From contig NC_086118.1 in NCBI RefSeq assembly GCF_963921235.1, positions 17,238,001 through 17,302,000 of the forward strand: DNA of 64,000 bases. The letters are read 5' to 3'. Shown here piece after piece: positions 10,526 to 24,646 of the stretch; the stretch's first letter is position 1; every line of letters starts with the position of its first letter. The position numbers were made by a program, and so were the translations under genes. The DNA is from Mobula hypostoma (taxonomy: Eukaryota). The notes under the pieces were generated by a model, which was not told where the DNA came from, did no database searches, and saw only the letters and a program-made list of their open reading frames with translations.

Positions 10526-13500
10526 CTATTTGGTTACAGAGTGCAAAGGGTCAGCGAAACCTAGCCTCTATATCTGATGGGGACCACAGGTGACGACCGC
10601 AAACGACAAACTGTTCCAGGAAAATTTGGTCCTATGTTACAACATCTGCTGTAATTTTAAAAGATTACAAAAGAATTTTCTGTACTATAGTTAAAATATT
10701 AAAATCAGAAATAAATAACTTAAGAGACACTTTAGTAATGAAAAGCAAATAGAAGAATGAGCTCTAAACAAAGAACAAATTAGATAAACATGGAATCAGA
10801 ATAAAAACTAACAGTGGCAATTTTGCCTCTGAAACTACAATTTACTGTAAAAACTTGGTATCAGGGGAAAACTGCTACTCTTACTTGGTATGCAAAGCTC
10901 TAGTCCCACAGCAAAGCGGGCTGTTATTACTTGCTCTCCCTAAGGATCTTGTAAACCACTAAGGTCAACCTAATCAGAAATCATCAATAGATGCAGGTCT
11001 TGCAAGTGAAGTCAGCATACTGTGGGTGATTAAGAGAAGTAAAATCAGAGGATTTTTCATAGATGCTTTCAAAGGAAATTGCAGTGACCTGAATTTTGAT
11101 TTGTCTTTATCATAGATGCTTTCAAAACAAAAGGACTAAAGAAATCAAGAATGAAGGTAGAAATATGGATGCTAATGGACAAACTGGTCAGATCTAAGGA
11201 CAAACCTTTACTTTGGATAGGTACCCAAACAAACAAGGAAGGAGAAAGCAAAGACAACACTAAGTCAAGAGAAAAAAATAATAGTCCTGGAAAACTGACT
11301 AAATAAGTAAAAAACTTATCTGAAATCTGAAATAGAATCAGTACTTCTATACTTAAATTGGCTTACTATGGTACTGAGAGCTTTGTTGAAAGATGAAAAT
11401 ATAGGTAAGAATAGTCAGCAAATTTTTACTGAAATGAAGACTATTTTCTAAAATATTGGATTATTTGGAAAAGGATGAGAATGAGTAAAGAAAGATACTG
11501 TAATACAGATGACATGGTACATTTGAACATTTACAAAGTCTTTGGTATTGTGTAATGCAAATACCCTGGACAAAATTTTTAGCATAGAAATTCAGGAGCC
11601 TTGTGGAAGAATGATTGAATGATGGTTTCAATACAAGTTAGGAATTGAACAAAGTCTGAGAGATTGATAGAAGGCTGGAAAGGATATCTTCTTAGCACTG
11701 GACCACAGTTTATGAGCACATTACTGAAACAAAAATACTCACCAGGGTTTTGGAATGCCTGAGTGGGTGATGAGAGGCAGGTAGACATAATGAAAGGTAG
11801 TAGCAGGTAGGGTACAACCACTAATGTTGCAAACTATGTTAAAATACTTGAACCATAGAAAAACAAATTAAGTGCATTGTATTAAAAACTGGTGATATTT
11901 TGACGGGAGGAGAGGCAGCCTTATCTCTTGGAAATCAAGAAACAAACTGGGATGGTGGAATAAAGAAACCTTAGAATAAATAAAATCACTAAAAGTAAAT
12001 ATGCCAGGTCAAAAGAACTGGAAATGGATGACTGGAAACTGTTTTAAAGGGAATGGAATACAAAATTGTCTATGTCAACCATGTGATGTTTAAACCATTC
12101 CTAGGATTTCATAGGTGGCAATTGGAATGTGTTGCTCCTTTGTTCAGTTATAATAAGATGTTATTATAACCAAACTTATTATAAGAAGTTACTCAGTTTA
12201 TGGGTGAATGAGCCTGTACCCAAACTGCATGGATGTCTTAAATAAATCTCACCTACTGCTTGTTAATTGGGAAAGTTCCAAGCAATTGTTTGCTAATGGT
12301 GAGAAATAAATTGGATATGCCTCATGCAGTATTAGAGAGTGCCATGAAGCTGCTAGCTAACTAAAAGCAGTTTCTAACGTTCCTGAAAGAGAAAGCTTGC
12401 CACACCAAGATGTTCAGCTGAGATCCTGCAGCCTGGAGCCCACGTTTCAGGGTGGGTGCTGGGATCTTATACCTTAAATGCAATTGAATCCTGTTGCCCA
12501 AGCATGAGATCTAAGAGTGGGCTCACAAACAAACCAAGACATCTCTCCTATGCCCAATTAAGTACTGGAGAAATCGTAGGAGGGATTTACGAAGATGCCA
12601 TCAAATCTGAATATGAAGCCATCAAGAAAGAACTGACACAGTTTTTTTTGTGTGGACCTGATAAGTATTTTGGAAAAATATAAAAAAGCTTATGAATTAA
12701 GTGGTGATTCATAAAGAGTATAAAGATCAGTGTAGAATATCTGAATGAATGATCTGTTGCTGTAGTATAATCAGTGCTAATTTTTTAGATGCCGGAGCTG
12801 ACAAAATGCTTGCCATTTCCTATATCCTCTCTACATATAGTCAGAGCAGACAGCAGGGCCTGCAGCGCTTCATAGTGTTCCTAAGCGGGTAGAAAAATAA
12901 CAGAAATAAAGCAAATAAGTTTTTTACACTTTTAGCCACCTAAATTGGAACCAAGTAATCAAGTATGAAAAAAGAACATCTATGAATATTGCTGAATATT
13001 AGTATCAAAAGCGGTAGGTTGGCAAATCTGCCTCGTACCGTTTCTCTCACAGAAATGGTTGGACAGGAAGTGTACCTGTGAATGTCAATATTCACAATAT
13101 CCTCACACGTCGGGTATTACATGGTTAGACCAATACTGTTTAATCTTTAAATATATTAAAAGTTAAAGAAGCTTGGAACTTTACATAAGTTATTATCGTA
13201 TCTATATGAATAAAAGATATCATATTTTGGAAGTGACAAATATTAACAGGGGAGGAGAGCAACCATTTGGGAGGTTTGGAAATGCATTTCATCTCATTCA
13301 TTTCCTCACTAAATTACTCTTTTTCCTATCAACACAAGGAGAAAAAGAGCATCTTTCCAATCAACTATAGTTGGTGGAGCTAGGCCAAGAGGTTGATCCG
13401 CTATTAATGATAGTTGAGAAGATGTAAAACTAACTTACAGCCTAGAAATGTTTTTTTTTCCATTTGGCTTGTAAAAATAACTAAATTTATCCAGGTGTAG

Positions 13501-13688
13501 AAGAGGATTTTGGATGATTACCTTGAATATTTCATCAAAATCAGGCCGAAGATAAGCAGTGAATTTTTCTTTCATTATTTTCGACTTTTAACCTTAGGTT
13601 TCGATGCTCATTCCTTGCTTAATCTAGCTCCAACCTGGAATCCAATGGTACCTGTTGAAAAGAGCAGAAAAATGCTCACACTTGTGTA

Positions 13689-13914
13689 CAGTCGCCCCTT
13701 GGTATCCGCGGGGGTTTGGTTCCAGGACCCCCCGAGGTTACCAAAATCCGCGGATACTCAGGTCCCTTATATAAAACGGTGTAGTATTTGCATATAACCT
13801 ACACGCATCCTCCCGCATACTTTAAGACATCTCTAGATTACTTATAATATTGTACCTAATACAATGTAAATGCTATGTAAGTAGTTGTTATACTGTATAG
13901 TTTAGAGAACAATG
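13689..13914 (+). mobile_element. MER2-like TcMar-Tigger non-autonomous element, left part
   Basis: TA then cagtcgccccttggtatccgcggggg...ttccaggacccccc...gtagtatttgcatataacctac...ctctagattacttataata; follows the recalled mammalian MER2 consensus. Confidence 0.8.
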
Positions 13915-15763
13915 CTCAAACAACGAGTGCTGGAGAGAGACTGAGGATCTGTGAAATGGCGGCAGACTACAGCAGGGTATGCTGGGACAACAGGTTGAGC
14001 GAGGAGGAATTTCCAAATACCTAAATATAAAACAGTCACAACTCCAGGATTTCACCAAAAACGATCAAATATCCTAATGTTATTAGTGGTATTTTCCCCA
14101 CCAGCCACCACTCCCTCTCCCCAACCCCCGCTTCCATAAAATTCCTTCTATTCAATATGCAACCGCTGTTAAGTACCCCGCTTGTTTATTTTGACTTTTA
14201 CCTTACAGAGGTATCGGAGTAGTGCTCCGGTGAGCTCCGGCAGCAGCTACCCCTGAGTAGAATTTTCCTTGAACAGTGCATATTATCAGTATTTCCTCCA
14301 CAGTGAAAAACTTCTTTCAGCTGATCTGTTCATTAGTTTGAGTTACACACGTTTCATTTTGAGAAACTCAAAAAGAATAAAGAGCACTGATTGTGTCCAA
14401 GATTGAGAAAGCCCTTGGGGTATCATTATTGCTGCTAGTGCATCTGGAAAAGAATGAACAAATTGTTTTATTGGATATGTAATGCATTGTTACAAGCACA
14501 TCGACAGCAAACTGTAACAAGGGAGCAAATGTCTCAATGTATCCAACACTTTTTCTTGGTTGCTTTTATTTTAGGCGGGATCTGAAAAAAAATCAGTCAG
14601 AACAATCTTAATACGTTCTTTGAAGACTGCTATCAACAATAGTGGACAGTTTGGGGCATCATCCCAAATTCAGGTTTTCTGTACAATATGAGAACCTTGC
14701 TCCTCCCCTGATCTGCTGATAGATTACAATCTGAGAGCCTTCTAACTTTGGGAGAATTATTGTCATTTTTAGTTCTTCAAAATGGTGCATTCTCTTATCT
14801 GTAAGATGCCCCTTAATTAAACTTCTAAATTTCTTCAAAGGAAGCTAAAAATTGTAGGTTATAATATCATTATTATGCTTATATTCTGGGCAAAAGGAAA
14901 ATTTGTATCAGCTGAAATAAGTCAACTTTGTACAAGAAAAAAATGAAAGACCCATTTTAATGACATTAGGGCATCAGTGATATTAAAATTTCCTATTATC
15001 AAGTTTATGATTGGAAGGCCATGTTGGAATTTGTACTGAAGACCCAAAAGTCATAGAGTCATAGACGCAAAAAAAGATCATTCAGCCCGTAGATTCATGC
15101 CAACCATAAAGCACCCAGCAGTTCATTTTTTATTGCCCCAAGCATCTGCATTCTACCTTGTGTCTTATTAACTTGCACCCAGCAATAGCAGTTGAACAGT
15201 CACAAACAGTTAAGTATCTGAAAGCTCAGTTTGAAATTCGTGGGAAACATCACCTCAGGTCATTCAAGTGGTATTTACCAGTCTAAGTGTGATTATATGA
15301 TTCATGATGACTGTTTTGTTAGTGGTGCTGTGCTCAAAACTTTTTCATCTAAAGAGCGAGAGAATGAGTAAACAGGTGGAAACAAAGCCAATAATCACTT
15401 TCCTTTCTTGTTTCTTTAACCTCAGAGCTGTGCCAGCCTGCACTTGTACTGGCTGTTCTGCTTATGGTTATCACAACCTCTGAAATGACTAACTTCAATC
15501 TTACCTCATCCAAAAGTTCCTTCCCTTCGACTGTTCAAGTTGTGAACCAACCTGCACGCCTCAATCACTAAATCAGAATAGCAGGACTTTGACTTTTCTT
15601 TTGTTTCAATTGCATTCTTTTGTGTATAATCTATATTGTTAATTTATGTATATTGTGTGAACATTGCATATCCGCTGCTACATGGCTGTGATGCTACTGC
15701 AAGTAAGATTTACATTGCACATGTACATGAGACAATAGGCTTGACTTTGATTTTGATTCTCAC

Positions 15764-16475
15764 TTGGAGAATCTCACCTGGTTCCTCAACACCAGATCCA
15801 TAGCAAAGAAAGCCCAGCAGCGTCTCTACTTCCTGCGATGGCTGAGAAAAGTCCATCTCCCACCCCCCATCCTCACCACATTCTACAGAGGTTGTATTGA
15901 GAGCACCCCGAGCAGCTGCATCACTGCCTGGTTCGGAAATTGCACCATCCTGGATCGCAAGACCCGGCAGCGGATAGTCAGGTCAGTTGAGAAGATCATC
16001 GGGGTCTTTCTTCCCGCCATTACAGACATTTTCACCACACGCTGCATCCATAAAGCAAACAGCATTATGAAGGACCCCACGCACCCCTCATACAAACTCT
16101 TCTCCCTCCTGCCATCTGGCAAAAGGCACCAAAGCATTTGGGCTCTCACAACCAGACTATGTAACAGTTTCTTCCCCCAAGTCATCAGACTCCTCAATAC
16201 CCAGAGCCTGGACTGACACCAACCTACTGCCCTCTACGGTGCCTATTGTCTTGTTTATTATTTATCGTAATGCCTGCACTGTTCTGTGCACTTTATGCAG
16301 TCCTGGGTAGGTCTGTAGTCTAGTGTAGTTTTGTGTTGTTTTACGTAGTTCAGTGTAGTTTTTGTATTGTTCATGTAGCAACATGGTCCTGAAAAACATT
16401 GTCTCGTTTTTACTGTGTACTGTACCAGCAGTTATGGTCGAAATGACAATAAAAAGTGACTTGACTTGACTTGAC
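15764..16475 (+). mobile_element. Rex1/Babar LINE 3' fragment
   Basis: [43 protein letters not shown]; (gactt)n tail. Confidence 0.88.
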
Positions 16476-16489
16476 CTTATAAATGATAA

Positions 16490-17042
16490 ACTCTCAGTGG
16501 CCATTTTATTAGGTACCTCCTGTACCTAATAAGGTGACTACTGAGTATATGTTTCTGGTCTTCTGCCGCTCTATCAGAAGGTTTGACATGTTGTACATTC
16601 AGAGATGTTCTTCTGCATACCACTGTTATAACACATGGTTATTTGAGTTACAGTAGCTTTCCTGTCAGCTTGAACCAATCTGACCATTATCCTCTAACCT
16701 CTCCCATTAACAAGGCATTTTCACCCTCAGAACTGCCACTCACCGGATGTTTTCTTGTTTTTTTGCACCATTCTATATAAACTTTAGAGACTGTTGTGTG
16801 TGAAAATCCCATGAGATCAACAGTTTCTGATATACTCAAGCTACTCCATCTGGCACCAAATATCATTCCACAGTCAAAGTCACTTAGATCACATTTCTTC
16901 CCAATTCTGATGTTCACTCTGTACAACTGAACCTCCTGACCATATCTGCATGCTTTTATGCATTGAGATGCTGCCACATGATTGGTTGATTAGATATTTG
17001 CATTAACGAACAGGTGTATGTAATAAAGAGGTCAACGAATAT
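16490..17042 (-). mobile_element. Tc1-family internally deleted DNA transposon
   Basis: ORF 16687-16977 encodes the Tc1 paired-like HTH (GKKCDLSDFDCGMIFGARWSSLSISETVDLMGFSHTTVSKVYIEW); TIR-like ctcagtggccattttattaggtac. Confidence 0.85.
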
Positions 17043-17894
17043 ACATGCAAATATCTTGTGTTTGCTATCAGTTTGCACTTTTAGAAATTTGCCACATAAA
17101 ATCATAATTCATGTGCTTGGGGCAGATCCAAGCAAATGGCAGATTCAGTTAAATTCCTGATAATCAAAGCCAGATGGGATTCCATTGTATAATTATGCAC
17201 TTGTCAGCTTTAATGTAAAGGATCTAAAATTACAGTCGTCCATTAATAATTTAATCTGATATCTCAAATTAGCAAAAATATTTGTACTGTCTTCGTCTTA
17301 GATATTACTTTATTTATACGTTGTTCAGTGTTACTATTGTGTCTTATGTATTCCAGCTGCCCAATATTTTGAGAGGAGTTGCAAACCCTGCAGATAAATA
17401 GAGAGTTCTTGCTGCAGTCATTCAGTTTGCTAAATATACATTGGAAGAATCATGCTTGTCTGGGGCTGACTGTTCCATAAATAATTGCAGGCTTTATCCT
17501 GTGAGTCAGAGTGAGAGATAAATTGGAGATCAGATCCTGGCATAACACACTTCTTGCTACTTTATCAAATTTAGCCCAGAGTCCAGAGGCAGAGAAACCT
17601 ATCAGCTTTACACTGGGAAAGTTGAGCAAAGGAGGTGAGTGAGACTGCACAATCTGACTCATTGTACATTAGTATATGGATGCTTCCTCAGTAGGTCAAA
17701 GAATATACACCCCATCCAATACTGCTCAGGATTTAAAATTAGTCAGAGAGACCAATTAAATATGCAGCAAATTATTTTGTGATGACATTGCTTCATTGTT
17801 TCATTGCTCCCATGGTAGGAAGTGATAAGGCATCAGAATGAATAGTTTCCCTCTATAATTAGCCAATTGTGGCACATGTGGTGGAGTCCCTTTT

Positions 17895-18225
17895 TACAGA
17901 ATAATAGAGCAGTACAGCACAGAAACCGACCTTTCAGCCCATCTACTATTGCACCTAGAATCATCGACTTGCTCCTGAACCATATCTCTCCCATCCACGT
18001 AATTATCTGAACTTCTCGTAAATGTTAAAATCAAACCCGTATTCACCACTTCAGATGGCGGCTCATTCCACACTCTCACCTGCCTATGAGTGGAGAATTT
18101 CCCCTCATGTTCCCCTTCAATATTTAATCTTTTTCCTCCTAACCCATGACCTCTAACTGTAGTTTCGCTCAACCTCAGTGGAAAAGTTCTGCCTGCATTT
18201 ACCTTGTCTATACCCCTCATAATAT
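17895..18225 (-). mobile_element. CR1 3' end
   Basis: MRGIDKVNAGRTFPL...RGH...VRVWN is the CR1 ORF2 C-terminus, followed by the tail. Confidence 0.8.
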
Positions 18226-18879
18226 TCTGGAATTGTCTTACTTAGGATGCAGTACATCCCTCCAAAGTTGGAATGTGGCTGAAACATCATACTACTTGGA
18301 TAGAAGGATACTAACCACAAGCACTTGAGCTGATACAGGAGATCATGTCCACTGCGGATGTTTGCACTCTCAACCCACCTTACACCTTATGGCTAACTGG
18401 AATGGGACATCTTTAGTATGACTCTGGTAAAGGTATTCCCAATGGTGTATGTTGATGTATGATGTTCCCTGGAGATGCTGCATTCGTTTTGAAGATCTTT
18501 GTGTAGGTCAATGATATCTGTCTCATACAAGTCCCATGCTACAGAGCCATCTCTCTAACAGAGGATATAAAGGCATCATGGAGATATCATAAAAGGGGGA
18601 AAAAATCTGTATTTCCAGCACTTCCTTCAAATTTCTGTTCTTGTTACTTGCTTTCCGGCCTTCAAGAAAATCAAAGCCTATCTTGTTCAACAGTTGAAGG
18701 ATCCACATCAATGACAGGTAGTTGAGAATAAGCTCCAGACAGCTGGGAGACATCTGTCACCTGGGAGTACTGTCCAGAACATCCACTATCATTTGGTTAT
18801 TCCCATAATTTTATTTTAATTTGGAGATTGGTTTATTATTTTCACAGGTACCGAGAAACAGTGAAGCACTTTCACCATC

Positions 18880-19125
18880 GAAAGATTTTTTTTACCGTGC
18901 CCATGGTCTGCTCTTTATCAAATTACGGTATTGCTTTGCACTGTTGTAACTATATGTTATAATTATGTGTTTTTTGTCAGTTTTAGTCTTGGTCTGTTCT
19001 GTGTTTCTGAGATATCATACTGGAGGAATGTTGTATCATTTCTTAATGCATGCATTTCTAAATGACAATAAATGAGGACTGAGTGTTCTCATAATCTAAT
19101 CTGATCTAATCTAATCTAATCTAAT
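18880..19125 (+). mobile_element. LINE/SINE 3' end with (ctaat)n tail (Rex1-like)
   Basis: Reverse-complement match to about 40985-41200; ends ctaatctgatctaatctaatctaat. Confidence 0.7.
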
Positions 19126-20889
19126 TTTTGTGGGATAACTTTAGTAATTGTACAGCTAAGATAATGGCTTTGCTCTGGATAATTTCTAATGGGTAGAATG
19201 GGAACGTAGCAAAGGACGAACTGCTGTAGAAACTCAATGGTTCAGCCAGTGTCTGTTGATATTTTGGTTTGTGACTTTCATTAGGATTTTTGCTCCCGAT
19301 TCCAACGTCTGCAGTCTCTTGTGGCTCCATGAAATAGGACTGTGTTTGATCTCTACTCATTTAGGCACTGTTAACTTTCTGCCCCATACTTAACACATTT
19401 CCTGTAGAATCGGAAGGAGGTTATCTTCAAACGTTTTTAGATGATAAGCTATTCACTCTATTCAGAGTATAACTTCCCTATGTTGAGTTAACAATTGTGT
19501 TCCTTCCATGAAGTGCCAAATTGATGGATCTGGTCATTGAGACAGAAGGCCAACTCCGACAACTCGTGAATCATCGTTCTCCTGCCTATACTATATTCTC
19601 CTTAACTGTTAGTGCCAAACAATCTGTGATTTTCAGACGTCTTCATCTTTTATGGTGATCAAACCACACTGGAGCAGTCAACGATTTTGGAATAACTCAA
19701 TATGGGCATTGGAAATGCAACCATCAATTTTTGCAAATTAATATTTGGCAGATGGAAAAATAACAATCTCACTCTCAGGTCTGAGATGTAGATCCGTTGG
19801 TCTGCATGCTTGCAATACTGCTTTAAAGCAGTGAACTATGGGCAGAAGGCTGCTGCCAGGAAAGAAGGTAGAAGCAAGCTCTATCTATTTGGCTCTTCAT
19901 GGAGGGAACACAATAGTTAACTCAGAAGCAAACATGACAAGCAGCCCTGCAATGATCAGAAAAGAAGGCTTTGTTGTCTTCAACAAGACCATGGTATGAG
20001 AGAGAGTCAGGTAGCCCCAATCAAGATATCAATTGGGTGCCCTAAGCCCGTTCACAAAAACTTCAGCAGACAGGAACTTGTAATGGATATCAGCAGTGAA
20101 TGGTGACGTTGTCTGTGGGTGGGATCATGCAAGCACAATGGTTAGCAGTTTCAACAGTTCATTTGTCCAAAAACAAAGCCACAACATGATAGATTGTTGT
20201 ACCTAATTAACCAGTGATACTTTCAGCTATAAGTCTCCTGGGACATTTTGTCTTTCTTAGTCATAGTTAGAACCACAGTTACTCACCCAAACTTGGAAAC
20301 TGCACAAACATTATCTCATATAGATGGAAAGGTGCCCAGTACAAATGAAAAGTATCTATGCAGAGTAGTTGCAAATGTTCCTCCAAATATTAAAGCTCAG
20401 AGGTGTTTCTTTGTTGCTAATTTACAATAAAAATGTATTTAAGACATGATTACTCACTGTATATGTAATAACACACTATCAGAACACCCTTGTTGATCCC
20501 AGTATCTCAACTATCATGAAACCAATTGTTTCTAGCAATAATTTCATCAAATTTGAACTTTTTTGCTGACAACTTATGGTTCTAGAGATAAATCAATATT
20601 ACATTTAGGCCGTTTATTCTGTTATGATCCACTCCAAGAAGACATTTTGTGTTAATCATTATGTTCAGTGTATCCATTGAAATAAAATTCAAGAAACAAA
20701 GACAACATTATCATAAAGCACCTCAGGCAAACAAGCTTCACTTTGTTCCAATACATCATGAGAAGAAACAAATGCAGATCATAAGATTTCTAGTCAATAA
20801 TCTCACCTCCTGCCTCTAAGTAAGCTACTCCACAGCAAAAACTCATAGGACTAACAACTTTCATTTATTTATTAACTTCTAATAAGGTG

Positions 20890-21076
20890 AACTGGTAGTG
20901 TAGGGATCACATTACTTGTATAAAGGCTTGACCTGTGATCCAGGGATACAAGTTCAAGATTAGCTATTGCCCTGTATAATAATAATTCTATGTTAAAAAT
21001 AACAATTATTGAAGACATAGAAAATGAAACCTCTCTGGTTTCTCAATAGCCTTTAGAAAAGTAAGTCTTCCATCCT

Positions 21077-21081
<5 letters not shown>
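20890..21081 (+). mobile_element. Old tRNA-SINE, 5' part (continues at about 21562-21585 and 24699-24790)
   Basis: tRNA-like head (caagttcaagat) and body gaaacctctctggtttctcaatagcctttagaaaag...catccttacc. The recalled consensus resumes at ctacattctgagtggttaatcctaactagcctcagaaatg. Confidence 0.5.
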
Positions 21082-21118
<37 letters not shown>

Positions 21119-21561
21119 GCTATCCATCCCATAAGATGATGATGGTTCCTTTCAGTTAGTTAGTGGGGTGGTACCCCACTCCTCAGAAAGGAACAGCATG
21201 TGTGTGAGTGGATTTTAGGTGAGTAGAGGTCGCACAGGTCCAGACCCACCCTCTCGACATCCCCTCCCAGATCTAGCAGCATGGTGGGGTCCAAGTCGGC
21301 TGGGGGAAGTTCTGTTGCAGTGAATGGCCAGACCAAGCTTCGACGCAAGGGATGCCCTTTCCGCACTTCACGGCACGTGTTTGCTAGATGGCCGTTGAGC
21401 CTACAAGAGGGTTCATCCGCCCTTTGAGAGGTCTTGTTTTTCGTCCTACAGGGTGTCTAGCCACCCTCCTCACCAGGCAAGCCTGGTGGGGGAGCCGGTT
21501 TAGTCGCTGACAACCCGACCATGCGACAGGTAGTACTGGGTTACATAGTACCTGTAGTACT
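21082..21561 (-). mobile_element. Short non-autonomous retroelement (RTE-like 5' UTR) with (GA)n tail
   Basis: GC-rich non-coding body; (tc)n at 21080-21115; near-direct repeat catccttacct (21071-21081) / catcctgacct (21562-21572). Confidence 0.55.
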
Positions 21562-21613
21562 CATCCTGACCTACATTCTGAGTGGACTTCTTCTTATCGT
21601 GTCCACGGACAGT

Positions 21614-24592
21614 CTATCCATGGCCCACCCAGAACTGGACACATTTTTGCGCCTAGTTGTTGAATTCGGCAAGATCTGCAACAGTACAGGGTTCCTCTAG
21701 TAATGGGCATTGCAGGAGATGTTGCATAGTTTGTGGCTCAGTTCCACATTCACAAGTTGTCGGGCTGGTTCTATATCCCCATTTGCTTAGTGACACCTTT
21801 GAGTGACCTACACCAGTCCTAAGTCTGTTAAGGCACTTCCAGGTTGCCCAGTTGCAATTAGCTCCTGGGGGAAGGTTTTCATCCGGTGGAATTTCCATCG
21901 TTGGGGGTTGTTTGAGACTGGCAAGCCGGGCTTTCCACAAGGCGATGCGGGCTTCAGATGGGGTTGATAGTAATGGAACAACACTGTTCATGAAGCTCTT
22001 CCTTGACTTCAGGCGGCTGGGTGTAGGTGTGTGACCATGTAGAGGGTGCCTCTCATCTGACGTTTCATGGAGTCGTTCTTTCTTGCTGGCTACCGATCTT
22101 CTTATATCAGGGGAGCGATACCCGCCAGGATATATAGGCTGTTGGTGTTTGTTGGTTTTAAACAACCTGTGATAAGTCGGCAGCTTGCATTCAGAACGGC
22201 ATCCATCTTCTTAGCATAAGTAGATCTTCCCCATGCAGGGCAGGTGTATTCGGCAGTGGAACAGCAAAGAGCAAGTGCACTGGCTCGCAATGTTTTCAAG
22301 CTTGCTCCCCATTTTGTGTTAGTGAGCTTATTCAGGATGCTGTTTTGTGTGCTCACTTTTGCCTTTGCCTTATTGATGTGATTCTTGAAGGTGAGGCATC
22401 TGTCACGGGTGACCCCTAAGTAGATCGGGTGCTCTCAATGTGTCAGTGTTGCTCCACACCAGGTTACTTTAAGATGTCGTTTGGCTTCACGGTTCCAGAG
22501 GTGGAATGCACGAACTTGTGTCCTTGATGGGTTTGCATGGAGGTAGTTTTTGGATGTTAGTCCCTCCAAGGCCTCAGAAAGCGTTTTCTCCACGGTGTTA
22601 AAATCAGTGCTTTGGGCAGTGATGCATAAGTTATCAGCATACATAAGATGGCGTGTGACATCATCTATAGGCTGGTCATTCGAGTAGATGTTGTTCAGAA
22701 GCGGAGCAAGCACACTTCCCTGAGGAAAACCATTCTTCTGGATATGCCACCTGCTGCGCTCCCCACCTCGTTCGACAGAGAACCGGCGGTTCTGAAACAT
22801 GCTTTCCAACAGCTCTGTTAAGTGAGTATCTTTCATCACCTCTAGGATCTTGCAGAGGTGACGTCTATGGCTCACTGTATCATAAGCTGCTGACAAGTCT
22901 ACAAAAACAGCACCTGTTACCACCCCTAGCTCAAAACTATCTTCGATATATTGTGTGAGGTTGAGCAGTTGGCTTGTTGATTTGCTGGGGCGGAATCCTG
23001 CTTGCTCTGGAATGATCTTCTCATCTACAGTTGGCACTATCCTACTGAGTATCAGGCAATCAAACAGCTTATTGATGTGGCAATTGGCCACAAGTGAGAT
23101 TGTGAGATTGGCCGAAAACTCTTAGGACCTGAGGGATCTTTTCCGGGCTTTAATAGTGCTGTAACATGTGACTTCTGCCAAATATTAGGTAGCTTGTGTG
23201 TTGCCAGACAGTGGTTGAACAATTGTTGGAGCCATTTCTTTGCTTGCTGTCCAAAATGCTTTATCCACTCCGATGCTATGTTGTCAGGACTAATTATTTC
23301 CCCGTGTTTTAGACTAGATATACCAATTTCCAACTCTTCCATGGTGAATGGTCCAGTGAAGCCGGGTTCATCGCTGTACCTCTTCCTATCTAGTTGTGCT
23401 CTTGGTTGTTTCTTGTTGGTTTTTCCATTTAGGAGCAACTGGTGTGCAACTTGGTTAGCAGACACATTGGGATGTTGGGCAGCTTTCTTCGGATCGCCGC
23501 CAGGTTTGCGAATGAGAGACCATGCCTTCTTGCTGTTTTTTGTAAGATCTGTTGTCTCTATCAAGGTGTTCCAGGTGCTTTGACGCTCTTGAGAGATACT
23601 TAACATCACCCCCTCACCAGTAGTTATTGTTTCCTCTGAGAAGGGGTCAGATTCAAACATTGAGACATACTCCCTGTAGAGTTCAGCCTTCTCTTTGGTG
23701 AGACCAGAGATGTGGTGTGCTCTACAACCTTGGGGGAACTTCCTTTTGGCTGTTTTCCGGGCAGCTTTTGCGAATAGGTTGTAGTGCTCAGGTAGTGGTT
23801 TAATACGTTTAACCTTATGGTCAAGTGCTCTTGTGAACCCATTCCAATCGGCCTTCTTGTAGTTGAAGCACCTTTTGAATGGTACAGCGGTTGGTAACAC
23901 TGCTGCATTTACCTGAATACCAATAGGACGGTGCTGTGTCTGTGGTATTGGGTCTGTGACAGGCTTCTTGCAGAGGACAGCAATATCGTTGCTGACAATG
24001 GCAAGATCTGGGTTATAACTGCACTTCCAGCGGGCACTGTGGAAGGAGGCTGGCAATTTAGGATCGTGGATGGGACTAAGCTGGTTAGCATCCATCCATT
24101 CTTCAACTGCTTCGCCATCGTTGTTAGACCCCTTGTACCCCAGTGGGTACTGTGGCTATTAAAGTCTCCAGTGATGATCGGTGGTTTACTGTGCAGGTTG
24201 GGTACAGGGTTAGAGAAGCTGAAAACTATGCCCGGTGGCTTGTACACTGAGTTCATTACTACTTTGCTCACCTCTACAGTTAGAATTTCGATGTTGTCCT
24301 CCTCTGTCTTAGAAGTGGCTTCTGCAACTGAACCAGCTCTAACAAATACAGCACTGCCATATTGTCGATGAGGTCTTTCAATAACCAGGAACACTCCTGG
24401 TATTTTTGGGCGGTTGTTTTCACTTCCTCTGTGTGTTTCCTGCAGGCAGAGGACATCGCACTGCAACTCATTGCATAATGTAGTGAGGATGTTTTGTTTA
24501 GCTGCAGATTAGCAGTTAGCAGATATAACAGTCAATGCCAGTCTTGAAAAAGACACATGCTTCTGACATCGACGACCTCTGACTTCAGGCAT
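21614..24592 (-). pseudogene. Vingi-like polyprotein (APE, RT, C-terminal Zn knuckle), multiply frameshifted
   Basis: ATG at 24592; CDVLCLQETH, SVYKPP, TGDFNSH, EQAGFRP, FVDLSAAYDTV, PQGSVLAP, YADN (YADD mutated), CECGTEPQTMQHLLQC. Confidence 0.9.
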
Positions 24593-24646
24593 GATCAAAT
24601 CGATGGTGCAAAAATGTTGAATACACTACTTGCTGCGTGTGGTGGT

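Noticed and set aside
14170..14260. Acceptor-like ttttaccttacag followed by GC-rich sequence
   Set aside because: No convincing donor or recognisable open frame.
18240..20260. Possible decayed coding sequence (18240-18790 and 19400-20260)
   Set aside because: No frame gave a recognisable motif; needs a translated search.
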